DNA of 64,000 nucleotides, from contig JBEWZL010000243.1 in assembly GCA_045837725.1 (NCBI GenBank), positions 186,001 to 250,000 on the forward strand. The letters are read 5' to 3'. The position numbers and the translations under genes were made by a program. Of this stretch, positions 28,038 to 41,234 are shown piece after piece; the first letter of the stretch is position 1, and every line of letters starts with the position of its first letter. The notes under the pieces were generated by a model. It saw only the letters and a list, made by a program, of their open reading frames with translations, ran no database searches and was not told where the DNA came from. Source of the stretch: Vermamoeba vermiformis. Lineage: Eukaryota.

Positions 28038-28692
28038 TTTATTCACCAATACGCCGATAACAATAGTATTAACAACGATACTATTGCAAAAACATAACAC
28101 CAAACCACCTTCCCTTTTTTATAAATTTTGGCCCGCAATAATTTATTATTTAAACGCTAATAGTAATAATTAACACTCCTATAACGTGCGTTTAATTGTT
28201 ATTATGGCAAAAACAATGTATGTATAGTAGATTCGAATTATTGTTTGTTACAATAAATAACTAATAATTCCCTATCCATTGCGCTGGATCTTGTCACCGA
28301 TTGGTGTAATTGGCGATTATATTTAACGGGAATTATGACAGTGTGGCTAGTATCTTATTAACGGTTTAAATATCGACAAGAATCACTTGGCACGATTGGT
28401 CTGGATCCGATCCAGTTCTACTTTGAGAATTCGCCTCTGTTGAACTGATTCTATGTCCAGCTGATAGTTTTCAATGCTTTTGAGGCCTCCCAAGAGTATG
28501 AGGTGGGTAGATACTGACTTTGCGGTAATTCCAGTGTAATTTGAAATTGCTTGATCCTCCGGCAAACTTGACCGTCGAACCTCAGTATGCACTCTCGATT
28601 GTAAGAGGTTGTAGGCAGAAAACAATCGTAAACTGCCGACTTTGTTCAACTAAGTAATTTTTCTGATTGATCTTCTTTGAGCAACAGAACTC

Positions 28693-30428
28693 ATGCGGAA
28701 GCTTCAATTAATCAAAATTATTATAGCAATTGTATTTATATGTCTTGTAGAGGCCAGTATTGCTCAACGAGCGGATAAGGCGTCTCGAGATGAAGAGCAA
28801 GCAGTAATTCAATTCGTAGATAAATGGAAATATTATTTTGAGACAGTTAAAGACAAGGACGTATATTTACATAGGCTTGCAGCTGAAGCAGTTTGCAACA
28901 GAACTCAGATTTGTGACACCTTCGACGGCAAACAATATTTTTGCTCTCATGTCTGTCAATTAGGCACAGTACAGGTCGATCCATTGGTAATTATCATGAT
29001 ACTATTTAATATAAATTTTAGAAGCTCACATTTATTGCCGCCTTAAGTAACAATCGATTTACTCAGATGCAAAATGCTTTCCAACTGCAACGAGAGTTAC
29101 AGGCTGATATGCCCTTGGATAAATTAGTAATACCTTCGTCGCACAATTCTGCTATTGCTAAGGCCTATGGCTACGGACTGTGGGAAGACGCAGCCACGCA
29201 GCTGATCAACAAATACACGCACTTGAACACGGTGGTGTACATTGCCAATCAACAGTTCACGCTCACTGATCAGATGAACATGGGCATTCGCGCATTGGAG
29301 CTCGACACGCACTGGTAAGATGGTCCTGTCACGCGTCCTATTGAACTAATCACGTGGCCAGGTTCGACGATCAAGTGTCAATTTGTCACGCAGGAGGAGT
29401 GCATTTGCCGTGGCTCGATGACTTTGTCGTGCTATTGGGCAAAGTGTTTAATGCTTCACTCGATTGGGACAGCGAGACACTGGGCTGTTTTGGTCCTGAC
29501 AACGTGCCACTCGTGCAGGTCTATCAAGAGATTCGTGATTGGTTGTTGTTGCCGCAAAATTCACAGGTACATTCTAGCGCTAGTTGTCATCGAGGTCTAT
29601 CTATTAACTGGCCATTCGCGACAGGAGTTCTTGATGTTCATGTTCGACGATCAAGCAGATCTGGACGCGTGGGGCAAAGTACCACTGGTCGTTCAAGCCA
29701 TCGACAAGTACTTCGGTGCATGGGCCTTTACACCCGCTGACAAAGAGAACAAGTACCCTGATCGTTGGCCTTCCATTAATGAGTTGCGCCAGGACGGCAA
29801 GAAGATCATGTTCCTCAGCACCGCAGACTACGGCGCAGACATGAGCAAGAACATCTTCTTCAAAGACCGCTTGTGGATCGAGCACGGTGCTGCGTCGGGC
29901 TTTGTGTCATATCCTGCGTGTTCATGGAACGGTCAATATACCTCAACGAATGGCAATATGACACGCATCACCTCGGACAGTTTGATTTGGGGTCCGTTCT
30001 ATAACGGCCCGATATTCGATGGCATTTTGATGCCCAATGACCTGCAGGCACTGACTGCATGTGGTTGGAACATGATCTGCGCTGACCAGGCCAGTCCACA
30101 GCTCATCAAGAGTGACATTTGGACTTGGGACATTGAAGCAGGAGAACCGCGTCAATCATGTGCAATGGTCAATAGCAAGACTGGCAAGTGGAACACTGGC
30201 AGCTGTGGTCAGTCACACGTTGTGGCGTGTCGCGTCAATGATGACACTTTCACTTGGCGTGTCAACGCGACTTTGACAGGCACGTGGAGTGCAGCACAGT
30301 CATTGTGCGCGAGTCAAGGCCTCGTGTTTGATGTGCCTCGTCACCCTCTCAGCAGTCAAAATCTAGTTGCTGAAATGACACGCCAAGGAGTGCAGGGAGC
30401 GTGGATCAATTGGACCGACAAGCAGTGA
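28693..30428 (+). CDS. Secreted PI-PLC X-like phosphodiesterase with C-terminal C-type-lectin-like domain
   Basis: Signal peptide; PSSHNS, NQQFTLTDQMNMGIRALELDTHW, ICHA, WPSINELRQDGKKIMF; C-terminal CA..GKWNTGSC..VACR...C...FDVP..AWIN. Confidence 0.8.
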
Positions 30429-30550
30429 AGTAGAGGATGGATGTTATTATTAGTGTACATTAAATGAGATGATTAGTGATGAATCGAATGATAGTCGACT
30501 TATTCTAGCTACAAATGAGCATGCATTGGCTTCATGCGTCTCGTTGAATG

Positions 30551-30573
30551 GAGAAGAAGAAGAAGAAGAAGAA
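30551..30573. repeat. (GAA)n microsatellite between convergent genes
   Basis: gagaagaagaagaagaagaagaa seen directly. Confidence 0.8.
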
Positions 30574-30594
30574 TCAAAAGTATATTACATCAAA

Positions 30595-31341
30595 TTACAT
30601 CAATAGATTGATTGCAAGCGTAACAATGAGCACTATGAGACTTCTGCTATATACTACACTCGCTAGTGATGCATGAGGAGATTTGCTCAGTCGACCACCG
30701 TCCTCGCACCAGCCACTGTACGTGAAGAAGAAGAATGTCGAACAACTGCCCGCATCAATCGTCTGACCGAATGACGAGGTGCAATTAGCGCCGTCTGATG
30801 CGTAGAAAGTGAGCTGAGTGTTGCTTGGATTGCATTCGAGCAAGTACGAGCTGTTGCCGGAGCGCGGATCTGTCATGCAAGTTCCAGGCAGTGCTATTGA
30901 TATGTTAATATTATAATCGTAAGTGGATTAATGACGATTACCCGCTGATGAGACATAGAATGAGTCGCTGTAAATAGGACAGCTGCCGAGTGTAGCTCTG
31001 TACCCGATGAACTTGTCGATGACTGGCTCACTCACATTGTACGTATAAGTTACGTATTGATTGCTATAGGCACTTAATACACAGCCACTCGGACCTCGTG
31101 CTTCACCCTATTGGCAATGCCGAAAAAATTAATTAAATCGATTAATTCTGTAACCGTTAATTGCAAATGGTCATTAATGGAGATATCCATACAAAATAGT
31201 ACTTACATTTAATGAATAAAAATAGCCAGTTTGATTTGTGCACGCTGCATCAGAGTAAAAAGAAATCAATTCAGAAATGAGTTGAGCATTCGCGACAGCA
31301 ATCACTAATAGTACAACTGACAAATGTCGAGCAATATACAT
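30595..31341 (-). CDS. Secreted/GPI-type Cys-containing surface protein
   Basis: ATG 31341, MYIARHLSVVLLVIAVANA signal peptide; two FYxxxxCT motifs; several N-glycosylation sequons; hydrophobic C-terminus. Two GT-AG introns. Confidence 0.7.
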
Positions 31342-31474
31342 TAAGCGTGGTATTGTACTCGCTAGATATAGACGATTGACCGGTCAATTTAAGTCAATGT
31401 TTTGCAAGGCGAAAATCTGATCCTGTTGCTGTTAAACAATATTTATCGACACTAGACAGAAATCAATAATACAG

Positions 31475-32580
31475 ATGCATCGTGAGGCTAGTCGGTCCAA
31501 TCTCGCCTCATCCACGAGTCGCATTAAAGAAATCAATTACATAGTACCCGATCGGCAGGATCTGCTCAAAGAAAAATTGAAATATTACTGGCGAAGACTT
31601 ATATTCTACGTATTCTTCTTTTTTCTGGTGTTCAATGTCAGCTATTATCCAGATCAAACAAAGGTAAATTCAATAATAATTCACGAAAAATTGTAATAAT
31701 TATCTGAACGTGTCCAATCCACTAGGACATTGGCAGTTGGATGTGGGTGGTGCATACATTGTGGTTTGAGCTCGGTAAGCATTATTTTAATTGAGCATAC
31801 ATAATAAGTGGCCTGACACTTACCTTCTTCTCTAATACAGACGTTACAATGCGAAGAAATGGCGTATCCTAATATTAACCACGCAATTTTATTATTAATA
31901 TTAATTTATTCCCCTTTGTGCACCTTTTCGAATTTTCTTTGACCTGATCTGAAGTTTCCGACTCGCGCGTTGCATGCTCTATCATTCTGCGGCTCTTGGA
32001 TTGTAGCTGCTTACTTCATAGTACTCATTGCTAATAATCCGTCGTACATCGATGACAATGCACAAAAGTACAATCGAAGGTACGAGATCTAACTCATTCG
32101 TTCTCAATTACATTCCTGCCTATCATTATTAATATATTATTTTATATACAGCCCTACTGTATTGTGGCTCATTCATATTTGGATTCATTGGTTGCCGCCT
32201 GTTTGGTCGGGTTTAGGTGCGTGGCAATCGAGTGACTAGTTATCTCTTATCGTCTATACTCACTATATATTATTATTATATTAGACTTATTCCTGCACTA
32301 CGATGATCTTCGCACGCGTCATCGCTTTGCATTCAAAGGACTGACTGGCTACAAGTTCTATCGATTGCTTGGTCAGCTGATCTGGACACTCGTTGCGTGT
32401 CCCTTGCTCGGCTTAGCATGGTACTTATTAGGTCATGAATTGTCTCCTGCACCCATGCCGTGGACTGTCGCGCTGCCAGTGCTGATCGGTGTGGATGTAC
32501 TGGCTGGTGTTGCCTTCATACTCCTGCTCAAGTTGCCTGCATTGAACGGCGAGACACTAAAGCTGCTTATGAATGATTAG
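31475..32580 (+). CDS. Hypothetical multi-pass membrane protein
   Basis: Six exons join in frame: RRLIFYVFFFFLVFNV, WMWVVHTLWFEL, HALSFCGSWIVAAYF, WIHWLPPV, then two TM segments in the last exon. Confidence 0.7.
31864..31954 (+). other. U12-type (minor spliceosome) GT-AG intron
   Basis: 5' GTATCCTAA; branch-like TTTCTTTGAC ending 11 nt before the intron 3' end; no pyrimidine tract after it. Removal keeps frame (RNG|FPTRALH). Confidence 0.7.
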
Positions 32581-33044
32581 ACAGTACGATATATGACCCT
32601 AGCGAGCCTAATGTACTGACTCGTTCCATCCGCTCTATCTGGATCCTAACCCGAGTCGTTTATTATCGTCCAGTGTAGATAATTATAATTGTAAATATGA
32701 TGATTATAAATGAGCTTGACTATGTTATGATTTCTCTACGCAGTCGTGCAGTGAATGTGTCAAGATCCAATTTGTTCGTTGAGCTCACTTTGCATGTTGT
32801 ATTTATTTGAACTACCAGAGCACGGCATTGAAGTTGTATATTTGTAAAATTAATTAATCATAGGTAAATTGCATTCACTTCAAGCAAACAAAGAAACGTG
32901 ACGCGATCCAAAATTAAATTCTATAGAATAGTGTCCTGAATAATTTTAAAAATTCTCATCGCAATACAAAATAGCGCGAAAGCAAAAATATATGAATACA
33001 AGTATATCGAGGTTTTTAATTGATTTTTGTTTCGGATCAGATCA

Positions 33045-35199
33045 ATGCTCAGCTCTGCAGTTCGTGGATTTAAAGCTCTAGGACGAATATGTTCCACCAA
33101 AAATAATAATTTGCTAAACAAAAGCATAATTAGCTCACTATCACTTAATACACGTCAATATTCAGAAACCAAAAAACCAGATCCACGTTTGAAATATGAC
33201 GACGATGAAATAGATGACGGCGATGATGACACAGGACCTGATTTTGATCAAGAAGACGATGACGAAGTACAAGAGACCAAACCCATTCAACACAAAGCAG
33301 CGCCAGTGACACCAATCACCGCTGACAACACACAGCCACGCAGCACTGAACAGCGCGGCAAAAATGATGCAAATAAACGCCGCGAGAACAATCGCAATGG
33401 CCGCGGCTCAGTATTCAACAACAATGACCGCGATCAGTGGTATCAGTCGAACAAATCGCGGCTTGACAAACAGAAACAAGCTGTGGCTGAACGCGATGGC
33501 AATTTGCGCAAACGAAAAGTGGCGATATGGTGCGTGAATGACGTGTCTGTTAGATCGATCTGTCAGGTGCTGACACTTGCCTAATTAGGTTTGGTTACAT
33601 TGGCACGGGCTACAAGGGCTCGCAAAAGAATCCCACAGTGCAAAGTAAGTCCTAGCGATGACACCTGTCAAACAAGAACCCTCACTGACACTTTGACAGC
33701 GATTGAAGGTGAGCTCGAGAATGCGCTGTACAATGCAGGCCTCGTCAAAGAAGCGAACTTTGGTGACTTGAGAAAGATGCGCTGGTCTCGCTCGAGTCGA
33801 ACTGACAGAGTAAGGGACAATAAGAACACGTGTATATGATCGTATATTAATGGCAATATTAGGGCGTGCATGCAGTCAAAGCTATTGTCGGCTGCAAAAT
33901 TGAGTCAAAGTGAGTTGGTTCATTGAATGATTTGTTCACTGAACGAGTTAATAACAATTCATCTTTGCAGTTTTAAGCGCGTCAAGTTGCAAGGCGAGCA
34001 CAATTACGTGTACCAAGACAAAGAACAATGTCTCGCACTGCCCGGCATCATCAACAAACATTTGCCACCACACATTCGTGTGCTCTCAGTCAGACCTGTG
34101 AAAAAGTACGAGAGTCTAGTTAATATCTATAATAACTAATATATACATAACTGTTATAATTCAGAGCATTCAATGCACGAGGCATGTGCAACAGAAGATA
34201 TTACGATTATTTGATTCCAAAGTCATTTTTGAAGGCAAGTAATTGATGCTACATCGTACTAGATTATACTAACAATAACAATACTAGGGTACATTATATA
34301 GCGAGAATATGACAGAGTTTAAAGAGATATTGCGCCATTTCGAGGGCATGTACAATTGGCACAACTTCACCAGTCTGACACGTGTGCTGACTGAGCGCAA
34401 ACAAATGCAACACACGCGCATTGTCGAGCTCATTGACAACGACGAAAAGAACACCTTAATGCCCTTCCCACTCACTCTCTCGCGCGAAGAACAGGCGGAG
34501 AACTTTCAGCCCACGCACTCGCTGTTCAGACTCGTTGAGACAGTGGACTGCGATGAGATCAAGATTCAGGGTGTCGAATATGTGAGTATTGGTATATGAG
34601 GTGTGATGAATAGCTATTAATATGTGCTGTAGGTACGCATTAAAGTCATCGGTCAGAGCTTTGTCACGCATCAGATCCGCAAGATGGTCGCGCTCATTCT
34701 ACTCGCAGCACACAAAGCAGTGCCAAAGGACATTGTGCCGATCATTATTCGTGGTCCACTATCGTTTAAAATCCCTCTTGCCCCACCCGAAGGTACGTAC
34801 AAGATTCAATTTGAATCGTTGGATCTAATCCCGAGTTTAGGTTTAATTCTCCGCGACTGTGACTTTTACAACTACTCGCGCAAAGAGACCATTAAAGTGT
34901 TTGATTTAGAGGCCGCTGAACAGCGCGAGATTGATAAGTTCCGCGATAGCATGCTCTTGCCTCACATCCACAACGAACTCACGCAGAAGAAATCATTCGA
35001 TGAGTTCTTAGCTGCTATCCCCACGTTTGAAATTAATGACGTAGATGAAGTGCGACGAGTGTTTAATGAGTGGCATGAAGGTGGTGAGGCAGTCCGACAA
35101 AGCAAAAAGATCCGGCGTGCTGCTGTGGCAATGTTGCGTTCAGTATTTCGCATATTGCAAGATGAGAAAGATGCAAAAGAGCATTATAACTTGAAATAA
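33045..35199 (+). CDS. PUS1: tRNA pseudouridine synthase, TruA/PUS1 family, probable mitochondrial presequence
   Basis: KRKVAIWFGYIGTGYKGSQ, IEGELENAL, SRTDRGVHA, LPPHIRV, FNARGMCNRRYYDYLIP, WHNFT, GQSFVTHQIRKMV, PLAPPEGLIL. Confidence 0.88.
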
Positions 35200-35340
35200 A
35201 TCTTTCTTGACACAGAAAGCAGAATCTTCTTAAAAAGCCCGCTCGAATTTTTAAATTAGTAACGGCTAGTTGGGTATTTAAACCAAAAATTTCCATTCAA
35301 CATTTCAATTCATTTTTTTAACACTGCTAGTATTATATAA

Positions 35341-36356
35341 ATGCTCGGTTTTCTTAGCAACATAATATGGCAAGTACAAGACGGATTTGCTTTCAAAATC
35401 TAACCAATGTTCTTAGTTACGGTCTTGGCGTTGTTATTCCTGCTTATAAAACATTTAAAGCAGTAAAATCAGATGATATTGAAGCACAGAAGTATCTTGT
35501 TAAGCAATGGTAAGTAACCAGTCTCAAAAATAATGCCGATCTGATTTTTAATTCCTTTAGGATGATTGTTAGCCTGATTCTTCTTTGCGAACAATACATT
35601 GGATTTATTGTATCCTGGTATGTAATTAATTTGCGCATTGATCATTCTAACTCTGCTAGGTTGCCATTCTTTTATGAAATTAAGATCGCCCTCTTTGCCT
35701 GGCTGACTCTCGGCCAAACCAAAGTATGTGCCAATACTAGTGTATATTACAATTATTTACGTACCTCTCAGGGCGCTGGAGTTGTTTATCACAACTATGT
35801 GCAACCGTTTTTATTGCAGAATGAAACAACCATTGACAGCAGAGTTGAAGAGTACAAAGCACTCGCAAAGACTCGTTTGCAAGGTGTGAGATCACAGCTC
35901 TATCAAACAGTCGTCTCCACGCTCGTTGCTCGCTTCCCTCAGCTGCAGGCATTCGAGAAACTGCTCTCCAGTGTGCCAGTCGAGTCCGCGCAACCAGCTC
36001 AGTCCGCAGCACAAGTGCCACGTCTTGTTCTCGCTGACACCAAAGAGCCCGAGACTGCTCCTTGTCAAGATCCCTCTGCTCCCCAACAGCCTCCCACACC
36101 GCGTGAGCAGACACCTGTCACTTCACCACGTGACCCGCAAGCGGCTGACACTCCTGTTGAAGTCGCTCGTCCCCGCGCCAGCAGTGACAGCAGTGTTCAA
36201 GTTGACTGCGCGCAAGTCAGTGACACTCTTGAAGAGCGTGTCAAGGCACGTCTGGCGAAGAGAGCTCTGGGCCAGTCGTACAGCATGGAAGTGGATTCAA
36301 GCCGCGTGGCCAAGAGACAAAAGCTCGTCAAGAGCTACGCGAAGAGCTACAAGTGA
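35341..36356 (+). CDS. TB2/DP1/HVA22 (REEP/Yop1) family protein
   Basis: GVVIPAYKTFKAV, QWMIVS, VSWLPFFYEIKIALFAWL, GAGVVYHNYVQPFL. First intron is GC-AG. Confidence 0.88.
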
Positions 36357-36595
36357 GCTCGTGGCACTGTATTGTACTCGCACTGCTGTGTTGACTTGTC
36401 GTCTGCACATGTGCTCGATAAAATTCATTGCGAATTCTTTGTAAACATTTCGTGTTTGAACTATTCATTATTGAAGACAATTCAAACGTAAATATCAATC
36501 AATTTTGAATCCGCAGCTTCGAATATTAACACAGAACATGCGACTAGTCCTCAGGACAAACAGTTTGGCCTAGATCTAAGAAAACGAATTACAAA

Positions 36596-37411
36596 ATGAT
36601 GGAACTACCCACAATTCTCACGGGTGAAGGTAATAATTAATATTTTGTTGTTTTGTGCAACCATTATACTGATTGGAACAACAGATCTACCCATCCCAGG
36701 TTTTAACCCGAACAAGTAAGCTGGAATAATTTTAAAAAAATTGCTAATATTATTTCAGTATTTTACTTGATCAAACTATACCGACTCCAAGCTCCAACAA
36801 CGATCAAGCGGCAAAATTAAAGACATTTGAAACTCTGAAGCGATTAGATGAAGAAGCGAAACTATTAAAATCCCTGCATAATAAAATTACGGATCAGCTT
36901 CATAGACTTCAGGTAATAGAACGGATGACCATTTGGATCGCGATCTGACAACTTCAATTATCAGATAGAAGAGGTCGGTTTTAAGAAAGAACTTGAATCT
37001 TTAATGCAAAACCAACGAGAAAGGGTAATCCATATTAAATTTTAACTGTAGCGTAAACGATACTGATCTACCGTTAGATGCAATCCGACGCAATGACCGT
37101 TCAGTTCGACGGTTCATCTCAAACTAATAGTCAAATGCACGAAGGATCATTTCCGTACTTTGACGTCTCCTCGCAATTGGATGCAGGTAATAATTAAGCA
37201 TCATGCTTCGGTTGTTACAAGTCGATAATTACCTCTTGCTTTAGTGCATCAACTTTCAGAAAAAGATAATGATTACGAAGAGGACGAATTCGAAGACAAC
37301 GAAGAAGAGGAGGAAGCTAACGAGCAGATGAGGCAAATCTTGATGCGTGAACTTGGATCAAACTATGTCGAAGATGATATGAGCGATGATGATGATGAAG
37401 ACTTTATGTAG
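36596..37411 (+). CDS. Hypothetical acidic protein with SNAPC5/SNAP19-like helix
   Basis: Spliced LKRLDEEAKLLKSLHNKITDQLHRLQIEEVGF resembles the SNAPC5 motif (LxEE..L...L.DQLNRLKVEE); acidic C-terminus. TAG 37409-37411. Confidence 0.55.
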
Positions 37412-37585
37412 TTGTTGATTATAATAGCATGTAAATATTTGTACAAAGCCAAGATTTTGATCGTGACTTAACTAACGGCGGTTAAGTCATTTTTTCAAAA
37501 TAAAATTGATAAAACCTTCGACCGTTTTTGTATCCTGTCCTGCTTCAATTTATTTGTCCAGATCTTATTACCAGACGCCTACACA

Positions 37586-38113
37586 ATGCCCAGCAACAAC
37601 AAGAAAGACCGCCAAAAGAAGGATAAGAGTGCCCCCGTCACTCGCGAATACACCATTAACCTTCACAAGAGATTGCACAAGGTGTATGTATTGATCGAGT
37701 AGATTTGGCTTAATACTGCAGAAAAAAATATAATATGGCATACCAGTTGCTACATATGCAATTATACGATGAATAATTAATTTTAGAATAATTTTGGATC
37801 GATTATAATAATTATTGATCTGTTATTAATTTAATTATTACTCAGTACCTTCAAGAAGAGAGCTCCTAGAGCTATTCGCGAAATTCGCAAGTTCGTTCAA
37901 AAGGAAATGGGCACCACTGACGTTAGAGTTGAAGTCTCTTTGAACAGATTCCTTTGGTCAAAGGGTATCCGTGATCCCCCAAGACGTGTTCGCGTCAGAG
38001 TCTCCAAGAGACGTAACGAAGATGAAGACGCCAAGGAGGCAATGTACACTTTGGTCTCTCACGTCCCTGTTGCTGAGTACAAGGGCTTGGTTACTCAAAA
38101 CGTCAACGAGTAA
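37586..38113 (+). CDS. RPL31: 60S ribosomal protein L31 (eL31)
   Basis: [57 protein letters not shown]. One intron. Confidence 0.97.
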
Positions 38114-38560
38114 ATATTCCAAAAATAAAATATTATTTCAAATTAATCACTACCACTGGTGGACTGGGGAGAGGCCGAGATCTGCTCCAACTTAATAATT
38201 TTAAAAATATCAGTTACAACGTTCAAATTACAATCGCTGAAGATGAAGATATATGTAATACGATTACAGTTCATTATGATCACCCTGCATCACCTTCTAA
38301 ACTGCAGGTGGCTACGATCTGTCGAATCTGCTCTGAATTCCAAGTGCTGGTAAGATTGCCAGGTGCAATTTTAATTCCTAATCGCCACGAATGATTCATT
38401 AAGGCCCAGCAAGTACTGGTCGCGCAAAGCTATTCTTTTTCGCTAATTTTCAAGAGAAAACTGCGCGAAATAACACGTCATTTTGGAGTATTTATTTGTC
38501 GCTGTCCTCACTGTTATTTTAAATCTACACCCAACGTAATCAACACATATTGCAACAAAC

Positions 38561-39153
38561 ATGTTCACTTTGTATTTAGTATTAGCCATTCTAATCGTGG
38601 AAGCCATTGCGCTTGCCATCTTCTTGCTCCCAGTGCCCCGAATGGTTTTGCAAGCTATGATTAATATCCACTCTAAACTAAAAGTTCCATTGCGATTCTT
38701 ATTCGCCACTTTGGGCTACTTTGTCTTTGGTACGAGTTTCGATCTTTGCAAAAGAAAAATTTTTTATTAACCTTCAAATTTACAGATTCTTTTGTTGACA
38801 TGCGCAAATACGAGACTAAGTAAGTAGTGATAATTAGACGAATAAAATCAATTCTTGATTAATGACGTCATAAATTCTTAGACCCGTGCCATCTGGTCAC
38901 TCTGAAGGCGCTAAATTGCTCCACTTGAGCTCCAAGTTCCGTGCGGAAAGAAACTTCTATTTGAACTGCTTTGCTTTCACCTTGTTCGTGTAAGTACCTG
39001 ACACGTAATCAAAAAGCTGGATCTGGAACTAACACCTTACGTAGCATCTTATTGCGCGTTGAAACCATTATGATCAGAGTGCACCGTTTGGAGGACAAAC
39101 AAGTCCACAACATTGAAGTCACTACCGGCACTAAGGTCATCAAGGCCGAATAA
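38561..39153 (+). CDS. BAP29/BAP31 (Yet) family ER membrane protein
   Basis: MFTLYLVLAILIVEAIALAIFLLPVP, DSFVDM, KFRAERNFYLNCF; di-lysine-like C-terminus (KVIKAE). Confidence 0.8.
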
Positions 39154-39358
39154 TTTTGTACAGAGCGACCTTAATTATTTTAAAAGTAAACTCAGTTTAA
39201 TTTGTGAATAGAACTCAAGCTCTTATGTATAGTATCTCCGCTGTTTATTGACAAATAATGCCGACAGCTCTATAGCTGTCATCGGCAAGTACAAAACAAA
39301 ATTGCGCTAGTAGATCTAGACTGAACAAGGTATTAACACGCAGTAGGTCAAAGTGAGC

Positions 39359-41034
39359 TTATTGGGTAGACTGCTTCATCTTGTGACGAACGACTTGTAA
39401 TTGAGCCGACGTCAGCGACAAGCAGTTGATTTTCAACAAACCACAGATCTCGTTGATAATTGACATGGCCTGCAGGGAAAGTGAGTGACAAGACCATTGA
39501 TATCACAATGGTAGTACTTACAAAGTGGCCGTAGCTGAACAACACAAGAGCTGCAACAGCAATAGCTACGAGTTCAGGGCTGACAAACACTGCACCAGTG
39601 ACACGTGTCAAAGCAGCGTTCAGCAGAGGGAGTGCCAAAGCGTACATCGGACGAGGCACGAATGCAATGTCCTCGTGACAGAGGTGTGCAACAATCAATC
39701 GGCCCACAATCTCGCCGAACAACACACCAACAGTCATCAACAACCAGGCCATGTGTGCGTGCCACAGTGCAGTCTCGAGGTAGTACCAGAGGAAGACAAT
39801 AGCCTCGAAGAAGATCAGCGAGACCAAGTGACGCACTGCTGAGCGCATGGGCTTGTTGTGCTGCTTCTTGTACGACCACACATTGTAGAAACTGCGGTTG
39901 GAAGTTGAGTCAGGACTGATGACAGTAAAGTTTGCTTGGCAACTCACCTCGAGGTCATGGTAATGAGCAGTGCACCGGCGATGAGTGGCAAGTAGAAGTG
40001 ATTCAGTTGAATGTTCGGCATCCACTTGAGACCTGTCAACTCGGGCATCGGTGTCTCCCAAATGTGACCGCCTGGCACGTGCGTTAATAAGTGTACAAAT
40101 GTGACGTGCAACACGTACCAGTGAATACAGCCACTAAATAAGACATGTACACCATGAAGATACCGTCCTCAGGTCCGTTGATGTAGCCCAGCACAAATAT
40201 GCCCGTGTGGTATTCCTCCCACGAAGCAATGAAGAACGGAATCATATTGAACATGACTTCAGTGAAGCTGAGGATATTGTTGCCCATATTGATCACTGTC
40301 ATAGCGATAATAGTGGCTATCTAAGCAAGAATGTGAGTCAGATCCACATTTAACCGTTAAAATCTTCGCACTTACAGTTGTTACGAGAGCGTCGCATCCT
40401 ATTAATTAAGATTATAGTAAGTACATGATGCAAGGTCATGAATAGCAACGTGTCAGAACCAAGACTTACCGTGATCGAACAGCTGGCCGAGAGGTGAAGA
40501 GGCACCAGTACGACGAGCTTGACGACCGTCGAGATTGTCCATAGTTTGATAGAAGAACAGACACGCTGCGCTAAATAAATAAATCCACCTGCAATGAACT
40601 GTCAGATCGTGGTCCCGGAATACGATCGAACTCAGTGACGAACCTGTCGCAAGCACCATTGCATTGGAAGTCAGGAGCTACTTGAGTGATAACAATTAAA
40701 TTAATGACCATGGCAATAGTGCCTAACAATGTCACCTAGAGGATCTGAATTAGTAAGCTCAGCTCGAATTGCTAATTTAGCTGCGAATACTTGCCAGATT
40801 GGGCCTAATTAATAAATTGATGTTAGTGCACATTAATTTACAATTAAATAAAATTTAAATGAGCATTGAAGGATCCGAGATCGCACGTTGAACTTACGCC
40901 ATAGTCCAGGGAATAAACCGGATAGAATAGTTCCACCAATAATCTAAGACATATTTCTTCAACAGACCGAGCGTTTTGCCACGATAGGCGTAATTCAACA
41001 ACGCAGTGCGACCCTTTTCTAAGATGTATGTCAT
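39359..41034 (-). CDS. Choline/ethanolamine phosphotransferase (CDP-alcohol phosphatidyltransferase, CEPT1/EPT1 family)
   Basis: [74 protein letters not shown]. Confidence 0.92.
40795..40804 (-). other. 10-nt coding micro-exon (GCCCAATCTG) with GC donor
   Basis: Needed to complete the conserved APN motif; flanked by TTAG acceptor and GCAAGT donor. Confidence 0.8.
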
Positions 41035-41234
41035 TCTTGGAGATAAATTGAACAGGCTATCAAGTCAATATATAGGAGAGGTACTCCTTGCTGCAGTGAT
41101 ATAGGAATTACAAAATTACGAGGTGACGATTCTATTTTCAGTCAATGAAAGTCAAAGCAATTTTACTGTTTGCCGGCAAGCAAACTTCCGGAACTACACT
41201 TGCTCATTATTATTATGCTAAGTACCACGAAGGC

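Noticed and set aside
39359-39470. Possible selenocysteine in the EPT1/SELENOI-like C-terminus
   Set aside because: Last exon has no in-frame TGA and ends in TAA.
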